Below the pieces are notes generated by a model. That model saw only the letters and a program-made list of their open reading frames with translations, did no database searches and was not told the DNA's origin. The position numbers and the translations under genes are program-made. Below, piece after piece: positions 8,696 through 18,247 of a DNA stretch of 64,000 nucleotides. Every line of letters starts with the position of its first letter. Position 1 is the stretch's first letter. Location: positions 280,245 through 344,244 of the IMG/VR virus record IMGVR_UViG_3300019776_000324, one strand, 5' to 3'.

Positions 8696-9741
8696 TTATA
8701 AAACCTCAATTCTTTGGTCACAAACAATATCAAGGCAAATATTGTCTAAGCCCTTTTTGTATGATACAAATAGAAACCAATGGACAAGTTCGTCTCTGCG
8801 GTTGTGCTGCATGGATGCCAGCTACTATCGGCAACATACTTGAAACGCCACTTTCTGAGTTGTTAGCTACACCGCTGGCGCAATCTATTCGTCAAAGTAT
8901 TATCAACGGCACTTATCAATTTTGTAATGAAAAAGTTTGCGGGGTCATTCAGAATAACGGTTTAAACACTATAGATACTGTTCCGGAAAATATCAAATAC
9001 CTACTAGAAGATTCAGCTAGATTTCAACTGCCATATGAAATCAGTATTCATGGCGACTTTACTTGTAATCTAAGTTGTCCTAGTTGTAGAACTAAAGTTA
9101 TTAAAGTTGACGACGACAAAGTTGAACAACAAAACAAGGTTGGCGAGATAATTTTTAATAATTTGTTAGGAGAGCCAACAGATCGCCGCATGCATTTGAT
9201 GTTAAGCGGCACCGGAGAAGTGTTTGCTAGCCCGATGTTATTAAATTTCATGAATAAAATAACACTTGATAAGTTTCCTAATGTAGCTTTTAGTATCGGC
9301 ACCAATGGGTTATTATGCGAAAAGCGATGGGAACGAATTGAGCACTTAGAATCAGCCATTGAAAAAATTACAGTAAGCATTGATGCTACTTGTGCAGATA
9401 CCTACGAAAAAATTCGACGAGGTGGCAACTGGGATCAACTATTAACAAATATGAATTTCTTAAAAAATAAGAAACAGTTAACTGGTATGAAGTTACACAC
9501 TCGCATGATTGTTCAAGATGGTAACTACTCTGAGATATTAAAATTTTATGAGTTTTCTAAACAGTTTGATGCAGATGTTGTTGAGTATTCTCGATTGATC
9601 AATTGGGGCACTTGGACTAACGATGAATTTAAATTGCATAATGTTTTTGATGTTGCTCACCCCAACAGAGATCAAGCACTAGAGTCAATAACAGAATTAA
9701 AAAGGTTAACCGATGTGTGGTTTGAAGGAAATTTTAGTTGA
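8692..9741 (+). CDS. Radical SAM protein with an N-terminal SPASM/twitch-like Cys cluster
   Basis: CNLSCPSC motif; SGTGEVF; N-terminal C..P....GQVRLC.C. Confidence 0.85.
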   Translation: MIIKPQFFGHKQYQGKYCLSPFCMIQIETNGQVRLCGCAAWMPATIGNILETPLSELLATPLAQSIRQSIINGTYQFCNEKVCGVIQNNGLNTIDTVPENIKYLLEDSARFQLPYEISIHGDFTCNLSCPSCRTKVIKVDDDKVEQQNKVGEIIFNNLLGEPTDRRMHLMLSGTGEVFASPMLLNFMNKITLDKFPNVAFSIGTNGLLCEKRWERIEHLESAIEKITVSIDATCADTYEKIRRGGNWDQLLTNMNFLKNKKQLTGMKLHTRMIVQDGNYSEILKFYEFSKQFDADVVEYSRLINWGTWTNDEFKLHNVFDVAHPNRDQALESITELKRLTDVWFEGNFS

Positions 9742-9778
9742 TTTTTAAACAAAATAAGTATATCATAAACAATGAATC

Positions 9779-9825
9779 GCTCACATTACGAGCATGAATC
9801 ATGGCTTACCGGCCATAAACGGAGA
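9779..9825 (+). promoter_or_regulatory. Tandem hairpins abutting the polymerase RBS (putative translational operator)
   Basis: GCUC-ACAUUAC-GAGC and AUGGC-UUACCG-GCCAU, then AAAC GGAGA. Confidence 0.45.
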
Positions 9826-9830
9826 AAAAT

Positions 9831-12488
9831 TTGAGTTATATAGATGCACTATTTGATCGTGAACACGATCGTATTCATGTTGTAGAACGACGAGATGGAA
9901 AGAGATGTTATCAAGAATATCCAGCCAACTATGTGTTCTACTACGAAGACCCTCGCGGTAAATTCCAAAGTATTTTTAACACACCTGTAAGTAGATTCTC
10001 TACTCGCAACAACAAAGAATTTCGCAAAGAGATTCGCATACAGTCAGGCAAGCAATTATACGAGTCGGATATCAATCCAATCTTTCGTTGCCTAGAAGAA
10101 AACTACAAAGGACAAGACGGTCCTAAATTAAATGTAGCGTTCTTCGACATTGAGGTGGACTTTGATCCTGATCGCGGATTTAGTCCACCAAGTGATCCGT
10201 TCAATGCTATCACTGCTATTTCAGTTTACTTGCAGTGGTTAGATCAGCTAGTCACTCTAGTAGTTCCACCCAAACATATGAGCACAGAAACTGCTCAGGA
10301 AATTGCCAGCGAGTTTGAAAACACCATTATCTTCCAAGACGAAGGTGAAATGTTAAAAACATTCCTGGACTTGATTGAAGATGCTGATGCACTGTCAGGT
10401 TGGAACAGTGAAGGCTTCGATATTCCGTACACAGTTAATCGTGTTACTCGTGTGTTAAGCAAAGACGACACACGGCGCTTCTGCTTGTGGAATCAATATC
10501 CTAAAAAGCGTATGTTTGAACGCTTTGGTAACGAACAAGAAACATATGACTTGATTGGCCGTGTGCATATGGACTATATGCAACTGTATCGCAAATACAC
10601 ATATGAAGAGCGTCATAGTTATAGCTTGGATGCTATTCTTGAATACGAAGGTCTGGAAGGCAAGACCAAGTTTGAAGGCACACTGGATCAGCTTTACAAT
10701 CAAAACTTCAAGACATTTATTGAGTATAACCGACAAGACGTTAACGGGTTGGCACAGATGGATAAGAAGTTAAAGTTCTTGGATCTTGCCAATACACTGG
10801 CGCATGAAAACACAGTGTTGCTACAGACTACCATGGGTGCTGTGGCTGTAACAGAACAGGCTATTATTAATGAAGCACACGAGCGTGGCATGGTTGTTCC
10901 AAACCGTAAGGAACGCTATTCGGATGAAGACACTCAAGCGGCGGGTGCGTATGTTGCGTATCCACGCAAGGGCGTTCATGAATATGTCGGGTCGATAGAC
11001 ATTAACTCACTGTACCCTAGTGCGATTCGTGCGCTTAACATGGGACCTGAAACTATTGTTGGTCAACTTCGACCAGTAATGACTGATCGCTATATTGCTG
11101 ACAAGATGCGTAGCGGTAGTAGTTTTGCTGCGGCATGGGAAGGCTTGTTTGGTTCATTGGAATTCACAGCAGTAATGGAAATGCAAACAGGCACAGAAAT
11201 TACTATTGATTGGCAAGGCGGAGAAGAATCAGTTCACAGTGCCGCAGAAGTATGGAAGATTATCTTTGACAGTAATCAACCTTGGATGATCAGTGCCAAC
11301 GGAACAATCTTTACCTATGAGCGTGAAGGTGTTATTCCCGGACTATTAAAACGCTGGTATGCCGAGCGTAAAGAAATGCAGGCTAAACTTAAACAATGTA
11401 CAACGGCAGAAGATGAAGAATACTGGGATAAACGACAACTCGTTAAAAAGATTAACCTTAATAGTTTGTATGGCGCAATTCTTAACCCTGGTTGCCGCTT
11501 TTTTGATAAGCGCATTGGACAATCTACCACACTAACTGGTCGTGCTATTGCCAAGCATATGGATGCGTATGTAAACGAATGTATTACAGGCAAGTATGAC
11601 CATGTGGGCGAATCAATCATCTATGGTGATACTGACTCTTGTTACTTTACTGCTTGGCCTGCTGTCAAGGAAGCAGTAGAGAAGGGCGAGATGGAATGGT
11701 CTAAAGATATTGCTGTCCAACTTTACAACAGTATAGCTGATCAAGTCAATGCTAGTTTCCCAGGATTTATGGAACAGTCATTCCATGTGCCTAGAGAGAT
11801 GGGCAGTGTGATTAAAGGTGGCCGCGAGATTGTAGCAAGCAAAGGCTTGTTTATTACCAAGAAGCGTTATGCTGTCCTGTATTATGACAAAGAAAACAAG
11901 CGTGTGGACACACATGGCGAACCAGGCAAAGTAAAAGCCATGGGCTTGGACTTGAAGCGTAGTGATACTCCTAAGGTTATTCAAGAATTCTTAAGCGAGA
12001 TCTTAAACGATGTACTGACTGGTAAAACTCGTGAAGAAATCATTGAAAAGATTCGAAACTTTAAATATGAATTCAAAGAGCGACCAGGTTGGGAGAAGGG
12101 TAGTCCCAAGCGTGTAAACAACTTGACCAAGTATGGCAAGGAAGAAGAACGCCTAGGTAAAGCCAATATGCCAGGACATGTCCGTGCTGCACTTAACTGG
12201 AATAATTTGCGTAGAATGAACAGCGACAAGTATAGTTTACAAATTGTTGATGGAATGAAAACTATTGTATGTAAACTAAAGCAAAATCCCCTGGGTTGGA
12301 CCAGCATAGGCTATCCTACAGATGAATTGCATTTACCACAGTGGTTCAAAGAATTACCATTTGACGATAGTGAAATGGAAGCAACAGTGGTTGATCAAAA
12401 ATTAGACAACTTATTAGGTGTGCTAGAATGGGATTTAAAGTCGGCCACTAATACTGAAAACACCTTCCAAAGTTTATTCGAGTTCTAA
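9831..12488 (+). CDS. Family B DNA polymerase (T4 gp43-like), TTG start
   Basis: ExoI FDIEVD; DINSLYPS; KINLNSLYG; YGDTDS; KKRYA. Confidence 0.97.
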   Translation: MSYIDALFDREHDRIHVVERRDGKRCYQEYPANYVFYYEDPRGKFQSIFNTPVSRFSTRNNKEFRKEIRIQSGKQLYESDINPIFRCLEENYKGQDGPKLNVAFFDIEVDFDPDRGFSPPSDPFNAITAISVYLQWLDQLVTLVVPPKHMSTETAQEIASEFENTIIFQDEGEMLKTFLDLIEDADALSGWNSEGFDIPYTVNRVTRVLSKDDTRRFCLWNQYPKKRMFERFGNEQETYDLIGRVHMDYMQLYRKYTYEERHSYSLDAILEYEGLEGKTKFEGTLDQLYNQNFKTFIEYNRQDVNGLAQMDKKLKFLDLANTLAHENTVLLQTTMGAVAVTEQAIINEAHERGMVVPNRKERYSDEDTQAAGAYVAYPRKGVHEYVGSIDINSLYPSAIRALNMGPETIVGQLRPVMTDRYIADKMRSGSSFAAAWEGLFGSLEFTAVMEMQTGTEITIDWQGGEESVHSAAEVWKIIFDSNQPWMISANGTIFTYEREGVIPGLLKRWYAERKEMQAKLKQCTTAEDEEYWDKRQLVKKINLNSLYGAILNPGCRFFDKRIGQSTTLTGRAIAKHMDAYVNECITGKYDHVGESIIYGDTDSCYFTAWPAVKEAVEKGEMEWSKDIAVQLYNSIADQVNASFPGFMEQSFHVPREMGSVIKGGREIVASKGLFITKKRYAVLYYDKENKRVDTHGEPGKVKAMGLDLKRSDTPKVIQEFLSEILNDVLTGKTREEIIEKIRNFKYEFKERPGWEKGSPKRVNNLTKYGKEEERLGKANMPGHVRAALNWNNLRRMNSDKYSLQIVDGMKTIVCKLKQNPLGWTSIGYPTDELHLPQWFKELPFDDSEMEATVVDQKLDNLLGVLEWDLKSATNTENTFQSLFEF

Positions 12489-12489
12489 C

Positions 12490-13425
12490 ATGAAATTAAG
12501 TCAACTTGTCTCTTTTAAAAACGAACTTGAAAAACTTTCAGCAATACCAGCACATCAAACAGCTGATCTGGAAGTTAAAAAAATTACACATTTGGTTGAA
12601 TCGTTTCCAACAACAGCTTCTCAATTTGATAAATTTGAACAGGCTAGACTTTCTATTACAGAAAAATTTGTTGAACTCGAATCTCAACTTGATGAATTAA
12701 AGCAATCGATTAAGAAACAAATTGAAGATGCTGAGCGTCCTTGGTTTGCTGAAAGTTATCGTTTGTACGAGAAGGAGATGGTCTTTGAATCAGTTGACTA
12801 CATTTTAAATCGTCAACCTGCTATATTAGATGAAACCAACGAGTTCTATAAAACTCGTATCACAAGATATACAAACTGGAAATATCCAGCTATGATTATT
12901 CGTCCTGGACTAGAAACACATAGCAACTATATGGTTGACTGCGATCCATTATATCTAGTTGATGAACAATACGATTTATTAACTCCGGTTATAAATCAAC
13001 ACAGCGAAGTTTACCAAAAAAGATTGCGCCCTTATGTTATCAACGAAAGACAGGATGGCGAAATACTTACTCGTTTGCCCAACAACCAATTTGGATTAAT
13101 ACTTGCTTATAACTTTTTTAATTTTAGACCGTTAGAAGTTATTCGAAAATATCTTACTGAACTTTATGAAAAATTAAGAACAGGCGGAGTATTGATCATG
13201 ACCATAAATGACTGTGATCGGGACAAAGGTGTAATGCTAGTAGAACAACATTTTGCTTGTTATACTCCTGGAAACATGATCATCGATCTGGCAAAGAGTA
13301 TCGGGTATGAAGTAGAGTTTGTTTGGGACGACCAAGGACCATCTACCTGGATCGAATTCCGCAAACCGGGCGAGTTGATTAGTCTTAGAGGCGGTCAAAC
13401 TTTGGCAACAATTGTACCAAAATAA
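12490..13425 (+). CDS. Class I SAM-methyltransferase-like protein with N-terminal coiled coil
   Basis: C-terminal LILAYNFFNF..LYEKLRTGGVLI pattern. Confidence 0.5.
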   Translation: MKLSQLVSFKNELEKLSAIPAHQTADLEVKKITHLVESFPTTASQFDKFEQARLSITEKFVELESQLDELKQSIKKQIEDAERPWFAESYRLYEKEMVFESVDYILNRQPAILDETNEFYKTRITRYTNWKYPAMIIRPGLETHSNYMVDCDPLYLVDEQYDLLTPVINQHSEVYQKRLRPYVINERQDGEILTRLPNNQFGLILAYNFFNFRPLEVIRKYLTELYEKLRTGGVLIMTINDCDRDKGVMLVEQHFACYTPGNMIIDLAKSIGYEVEFVWDDQGPSTWIEFRKPGELISLRGGQTLATIVPK

Positions 13426-13436
13426 ATCAAAAACAG

Positions 13437-13465
13437 TTGCAAAATCTAAATAAACCAGTTATAAT
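13437..13465 (+). promoter_or_regulatory. sigma70 promoter with an embedded late TAAATA motif
   Basis: TTGCAA-17-TATAAT. Confidence 0.6.
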
Positions 13466-13484
13466 CAACAACAAGGAGAATTAC

Positions 13485-14207
13485 ATGAGAGATCACTTAT
13501 TAGACTTAGTAGAACACACGCACGACTTAGGTTGCATTGACCTAGTTAAAATTACAGGAACTGCCCAAGAGACAGATATCTTTGGTATTGCCGAAGATCG
13601 TAGCGTTATTGTAGAAGGCAAGTATGCTGGCCCAGTGGGAGAATTTGTTGGCTTATTTGGTATGCCAAACTTGGCAAAACTTAAGGTATTGTTAAACTTG
13701 CAAGAGTACAAAGAAGATGCCAAACTCAGTATCACTAACAAAGCTGATGGCACATTAGATGGCATCAACTTTGAAAACAAATCAGGCGACTTTAAAAACA
13801 ACTATCGTTTCATGACAGCGGCTGCAGTTAACGAAAAGGCTAAGACAGCTAAGATGCGCCCAGTTACATGGCAAGTTGAGTTTACTCCTACTGTAGGATC
13901 AATCCAGCGTTTAAAAATGCAAGCACAGGCCAATGCCGAGGAACCAACATTCCAAGTTAGCACTGATGGTAGTGATTTAAAATTTGCATTTGGTGATCAT
14001 TCAACTCACAGTGGTAACTTTGTATTCCAATCTGGTGTAGGCGGACAACTCAAACGAGCATGGTCATATCCAATTGCTCATGTCATTAGTATTTTAAATT
14101 TAACTGGTGACAAGACTATGCGTTTCAGTGATGACGGTGTTGCAGAGATTACTGTTGATTCTGGCTTGGCTGTTTATAGTTACAAGATTCCAGCGCAGTC
14201 TAAATAA
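13485..14207 (+). CDS. DNA polymerase sliding clamp (gp45-like)
   Basis: SD AAGGAG before ATG 13485; about 240 aa; clamp-like alternating beta/alpha pattern; near the polymerase. Confidence 0.7.
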   Translation: MRDHLLDLVEHTHDLGCIDLVKITGTAQETDIFGIAEDRSVIVEGKYAGPVGEFVGLFGMPNLAKLKVLLNLQEYKEDAKLSITNKADGTLDGINFENKSGDFKNNYRFMTAAAVNEKAKTAKMRPVTWQVEFTPTVGSIQRLKMQAQANAEEPTFQVSTDGSDLKFAFGDHSTHSGNFVFQSGVGGQLKRAWSYPIAHVISILNLTGDKTMRFSDDGVAEITVDSGLAVYSYKIPAQSK

Positions 14208-14210
14208 TCA

Positions 14211-14831
14211 ATGGGGGCTCCTTATACTATCCTGGATCACATTCAACTTGACTGTGATTCAGCTACTGACATTGTTGTTGAAATTGGTAGCGAAAATGGA
14301 GAGGGGAGCAGTCGATGGTTATATCAGTGGTCTAGTAACCGTGATGTAAAATTTTATAGTATAGATGTAGAGCACAGTGAAAGAGAAATAAGTTATCCAG
14401 AAATACCTTGGGTAGTATCGGAATCTGGATCATTGTGGTGTAAAAACATATTACCAACTCTAAATAAAGCTATTAAAGTATTATACTTAGATAATTTTGA
14501 TTACATGTACAACACTAACAACCCATCGGTATTGGAACAGTATGCTCGTCAAGTAACCTTGTATGCGCAACGAGGAGTAGTTATGAATAATCAAAATTGC
14601 ATGGAAGAACATCGATTACAAGTTGAATATTGTTTACCGTACATGGCAGAACAATCTGTAATTATAATGGATGATACTTATTATGACCCAGCATTAGAAT
14701 TTCAACCAGCAAACGAACTTCCACAATGGTATGGTAAATGTGCTACTGCTATGCCACTAATGATCGAAGCTGGATATTCTATAATTAGAGACCAAGAACA
14801 CAATATAAATTATGCCATTAAATCAAGATAA
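14211..14831 (+). CDS. SAM-dependent methyltransferase-like protein
   Basis: VVEIG, YSIDVE, LYLD and IIMDD motifs. Confidence 0.55.
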   Translation: MGAPYTILDHIQLDCDSATDIVVEIGSENGEGSSRWLYQWSSNRDVKFYSIDVEHSEREISYPEIPWVVSESGSLWCKNILPTLNKAIKVLYLDNFDYMYNTNNPSVLEQYARQVTLYAQRGVVMNNQNCMEEHRLQVEYCLPYMAEQSVIIMDDTYYDPALEFQPANELPQWYGKCATAMPLMIEAGYSIIRDQEHNINYAIKSR

Positions 14832-16449
14832 CTTAACAGCCAAACAAAACGATTACGCTGTATTCTTACCAGCTATCAGTGGCTTCTATGCTACTTTTGT
14901 CGGTAAACAACGAGATCCAGTAAATGGACCTTATGTAGATCCAGCTCGCTTGCCAGCTGGCATTCCGGACATGGAAATGCTTAACTGGCTTAATCCACAG
15001 AAAGGTATGTTTCCGTACAAGTGGTCTTTGTACTCAGGCGGACATGCTAACTTAGATCTTAACAAACAAGACTGGTCCGAAGACATGGTTCGCAATCGCG
15101 ATCCGGGTTCAGTTATCCTTGGCGACTCGGGTGGATTCCAGATTGCTAAAGGCTTGTGGGAAGGTGACTGGAAGGCTAACAGTGGTTGTCCTAAAGCGCA
15201 GAAGAAGCGTGATGCTGTACTTAAATGGTTAGATGGTGTTGCTGACTATGGCATGATTCTTGATATTCCAACTTGGGTTATCCACGATAAGAAAGCCAGT
15301 GCCGCTTGTCAAATTACCACACTTCAAGAAGCTGTGGACGCTACCAAGTACAACAACGACTACTTTATGAAGCATCGCAAAGGTGTTAAGAATGGTGGTG
15401 CCAAGTTCTTAAATGTTTTACAAGGTGCTAATCATGCTGACGCAGATCGTTGGTATGAAACAATGAAACACTATTGTGATCCTAAAGTATATCCAGACAC
15501 ACATTTTAATGGCTGGTCCATGGGTGGTCAGAACATGTGTGATGTACACTTGGTACTTCGTCGGTTGGTAGCACTTAGACACGATGGCTTGCTACAAGAA
15601 GGTGTTCACGATTGGATGCACTTCTTGGGCACAAGCAAACTAGAGTGGGCAGTATTATTAACAGACATTCAACGAGCTGTTCGCAAATATGTTAATCCTG
15701 CATTTACTATTAGTTTTGACTGCGCTAGTCCATTCTTAGCCACAGCTAACGGACAAGTATATCATCATATTGACTTGCCACACAATGACAAGTGGTGTTA
15801 TCGAATGAGTCCTATTGTGGACGATAAGAAATATGCCACAGACACTCGTCCATATGGTCCTACAGTAGTTCAAGAAGGCTATGTTGATCACTTTGATGAA
15901 AGTCCAATCAGCCGAGAGCTTAAGATGAAAGACATTTGCATCTATAAAGCAGGTGTTCGTAAAACTGATGCTGAACTAAACGGAGAAACATTTGATCCCA
16001 ACAACATGAATCATTTCCATGTTGCTCCAGACTTAAACAAAATTGGTAAGAATGGCAAGACATCATGGGATAGTTTCAGTTATGCATTGTTAATGGGCCA
16101 TAATGTTTGGATGCACTTGGAAGCAGTACAACGAGCCAACCGTGAATACGATGCTGGATCTTGGCCCAAGATGATGTGGAACGAAAACGGTGACCATGCC
16201 CGCTTTAAAGACATTGTGGATGCTATCTTTGCCACATCTGATCGTGCAGAAGCTGAAGCTATCATTGAACACTATGATCGCTATTGGATGGACATTGTTG
16301 GTACTCGTGGATTCAAAGGCAAGAAAGCCAAGAACGCACACAGTCAGTTTAATGCCTTGTTTGAAGTTGATGACAATGACGGAGTCGACGGCGACGAAGT
16401 GGAATTTGATGAGTCAAAACTGGATCACTTGGGAGACCAAATTGTTTAA
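14812..16449 (+). CDS. tRNA-guanine transglycosylase fold protein (DpdA/TGT-like base-exchange enzyme)
   Basis: DSGGFQ, ILDIP, VLQG, MGG, HFLG and FDCASP align with TGT catalytic residues; no CxCxxC zinc motif seen. Confidence 0.8.
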   Translation: MPLNQDNLTAKQNDYAVFLPAISGFYATFVGKQRDPVNGPYVDPARLPAGIPDMEMLNWLNPQKGMFPYKWSLYSGGHANLDLNKQDWSEDMVRNRDPGSVILGDSGGFQIAKGLWEGDWKANSGCPKAQKKRDAVLKWLDGVADYGMILDIPTWVIHDKKASAACQITTLQEAVDATKYNNDYFMKHRKGVKNGGAKFLNVLQGANHADADRWYETMKHYCDPKVYPDTHFNGWSMGGQNMCDVHLVLRRLVALRHDGLLQEGVHDWMHFLGTSKLEWAVLLTDIQRAVRKYVNPAFTISFDCASPFLATANGQVYHHIDLPHNDKWCYRMSPIVDDKKYATDTRPYGPTVVQEGYVDHFDESPISRELKMKDICIYKAGVRKTDAELNGETFDPNNMNHFHVAPDLNKIGKNGKTSWDSFSYALLMGHNVWMHLEAVQRANREYDAGSWPKMMWNENGDHARFKDIVDAIFATSDRAEAEAIIEHYDRYWMDIVGTRGFKGKKAKNAHSQFNALFEVDDNDGVDGDEVEFDESKLDHLGDQIV

Positions 16450-16804
16450 TCCAATTTTTATTCCGTTGGTGTTGTTGTTTATTAAACATTGGTATGTTGA
16501 TTTTGTCAATCAAACACAGGACGAAATTGACAGCAAAGGTACCTACGGTGGACTGGATGGCATGTCACACAGTGCCAAACACGGATTAGGAACTATATTT
16601 GTATTTTTATTAGTAGGATTAGATCCAGCACTATCTGTAACACTAGGTGCAATTGATATGGTTGTACACTATCACATCGATTGGATCAAAATGCGGTTTG
16701 GTACTCGTGATGTTGCTACTAAGGAATTTTGGAACCAATTAGGGTTAGATCAGTTAGCACACGCTCTAACCTATATTGGACTTGTTTGGTTATTATGGAT
16801 ATAA
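16442..16804 (+). CDS. DUF3307-like membrane protein (TTG start)
   Basis: KHWYVDF..Q, HSAKHG, HYHIDW.K and LDQLAH motifs; hydrophobic segments. Confidence 0.65.
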   Translation: MFNPIFIPLVLLFIKHWYVDFVNQTQDEIDSKGTYGGLDGMSHSAKHGLGTIFVFLLVGLDPALSVTLGAIDMVVHYHIDWIKMRFGTRDVATKEFWNQLGLDQLAHALTYIGLVWLLWI

Positions 16805-16806
16805 AA

Positions 16807-17013
16807 ATGATTGATAAATTACAGCACAGACTCAACCACTTAGAAAACGATCATGCTGCACTTAACAAGCGTATTGACGGAATGGAATCAACTGGTGTCT
16901 TTGAAGATGCTACCTTAGAGGTTTTGAAGAAGCAAAGGTTGCATTTGAAGGACGAAATCTCTAAAATAAAACTTCAACTTGCATACGAAGCTGGACAACA
17001 GGAAAACGATTAA
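16807..17013 (+). CDS. DUF465/YdcH-like small coiled-coil protein
   Basis: H..L...I.......LKKQRLHLKDEI. Confidence 0.7.
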   Translation: MIDKLQHRLNHLENDHAALNKRIDGMESTGVFEDATLEVLKKQRLHLKDEISKIKLQLAYEAGQQEND

Positions 17014-17546
17014 TGATTAGAGATGGGCACGATGATGTAAGTTTCTTTGTAGGAACTGAAGTAGAACACACTCCTGCATTTGGACAAATTACATTATTTG
17101 TAGTAGGCTTACAGTCTATAGCAGATATTAAGAACGCACTTAAGACACACCGTGCTCTAGGCGGATACCTTGTTACCCATATATATTTTGGTGCTAACCA
17201 AAGTTTTCCTAACCCAGAATATAGTGATGCTCCTACCTGGCGTGATTGGGAAGGAATGATTAATACATTCTTGCAAGACGGATACTTATGCACACTTGAT
17301 ATTGATGTAAAGTGTGTAGAAGGCCTGCTTGAATCTCCGTTGGTGGAATACCACAACTTTATTCCAATGATTTCTATTAAACTCCCTTATATTAACCAAC
17401 TTGGATACAATGCAACTATTAAACTTGATGACAAAGATTTTAAAGCAACCAACCCGGGCGTCTGGTGCCACTCGCTACACAGCTTACAAAAGCGCGAGGT
17501 GTTTACTGACTGGTCTAAATACACAAAGGACGAAGTAATTAAATGA
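17013..17546 (+). CDS. Hypothetical protein in the TGT-like block
   Basis: 177-aa ORF coupled to both neighbours. Confidence 0.65.
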   Translation: MIRDGHDDVSFFVGTEVEHTPAFGQITLFVVGLQSIADIKNALKTHRALGGYLVTHIYFGANQSFPNPEYSDAPTWRDWEGMINTFLQDGYLCTLDIDVKCVEGLLESPLVEYHNFIPMISIKLPYINQLGYNATIKLDDKDFKATNPGVWCHSLHSLQKREVFTDWSKYTKDEVIK

Positions 17547-18007
17547 TACAAGAACAACGAGAAACAATAGAGAGAATTAAATCCGCAGCCAATCGTAAGA
17601 TATGGGTTACTTTCCAGCGAGAAGGTATTCACTGCTATCCTGCGGCAGCAACAGATCCTGCGTTAAATACTAACGATGAATACAATGTTGCGTTCCTTGC
17701 TAGCCCTCACCGTCATATCTTTCACTTTAGGGTGTCAATCAATGTCTTCCACAATGACCGAGACATTGAGTTCATCCAGTTCAAACGCTGGCTCGAGAAC
17801 TTATACAGTGGGACCGGTCCCTATAATGAAAATCGAGTTTTAGAACTCAACTACAAGTCCTGCGAAATGATTGCAGACGACTTGTACTTACAAATTGCAG
17901 GCCGCTATCCTGGTCGTGCTGTAGAAATCGAAGTGTCCGAAGACGGCGAGAACGGATGCTTGATTAGTTATAACCTTACTCGTCCAACACAATCAATTGT
18001 AATTTAA
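17543..18007 (+). CDS. QueD/PTPS-like T-fold protein (second, divergent copy)
   Basis: H.Y..A...HRHIFHFRV..DRDIEF..K..L and C-terminal SCEMIA..EV.EDGE pattern. Confidence 0.6.
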   Translation: MIQEQRETIERIKSAANRKIWVTFQREGIHCYPAAATDPALNTNDEYNVAFLASPHRHIFHFRVSINVFHNDRDIEFIQFKRWLENLYSGTGPYNENRVLELNYKSCEMIADDLYLQIAGRYPGRAVEIEVSEDGENGCLISYNLTRPTQSIVI

Positions 18008-18019
18008 AAAGGAAATAAA

Positions 18020-18247
18020 ATGGGAAAGCCACAACATCGTGTAAACCCTAGAGCTTTGCAAGCATTGGAAGATTTGTCAAACTATTTGGAATTCTGTGTA
18101 GACTACGGTTACAGATATCGCGAAGAAGATTTGTATAACTTCAAAGCGTATGCTTGGCAACAGTACAACAAGTTTAGCCAGGGTAAAAATGCCAAGAACA
18201 TGTGGGATGAAGATTCACGCAGATTCTCAGGATATCGCCGTGCGTAA
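18020..18247 (+). CDS. Hypothetical protein
   Basis: SD AAGGA; 75 aa. Confidence 0.6.
   Translation: MGKPQHRVNPRALQALEDLSNYLEFCVDYGYRYREEDLYNFKAYAWQQYNKFSQGKNAKNMWDEDSRRFSGYRRA

Noticed and set aside
9831-12488. Intein or intron in the DNA polymerase
   Set aside because: Continuous ORF of normal length with normally spaced motifs
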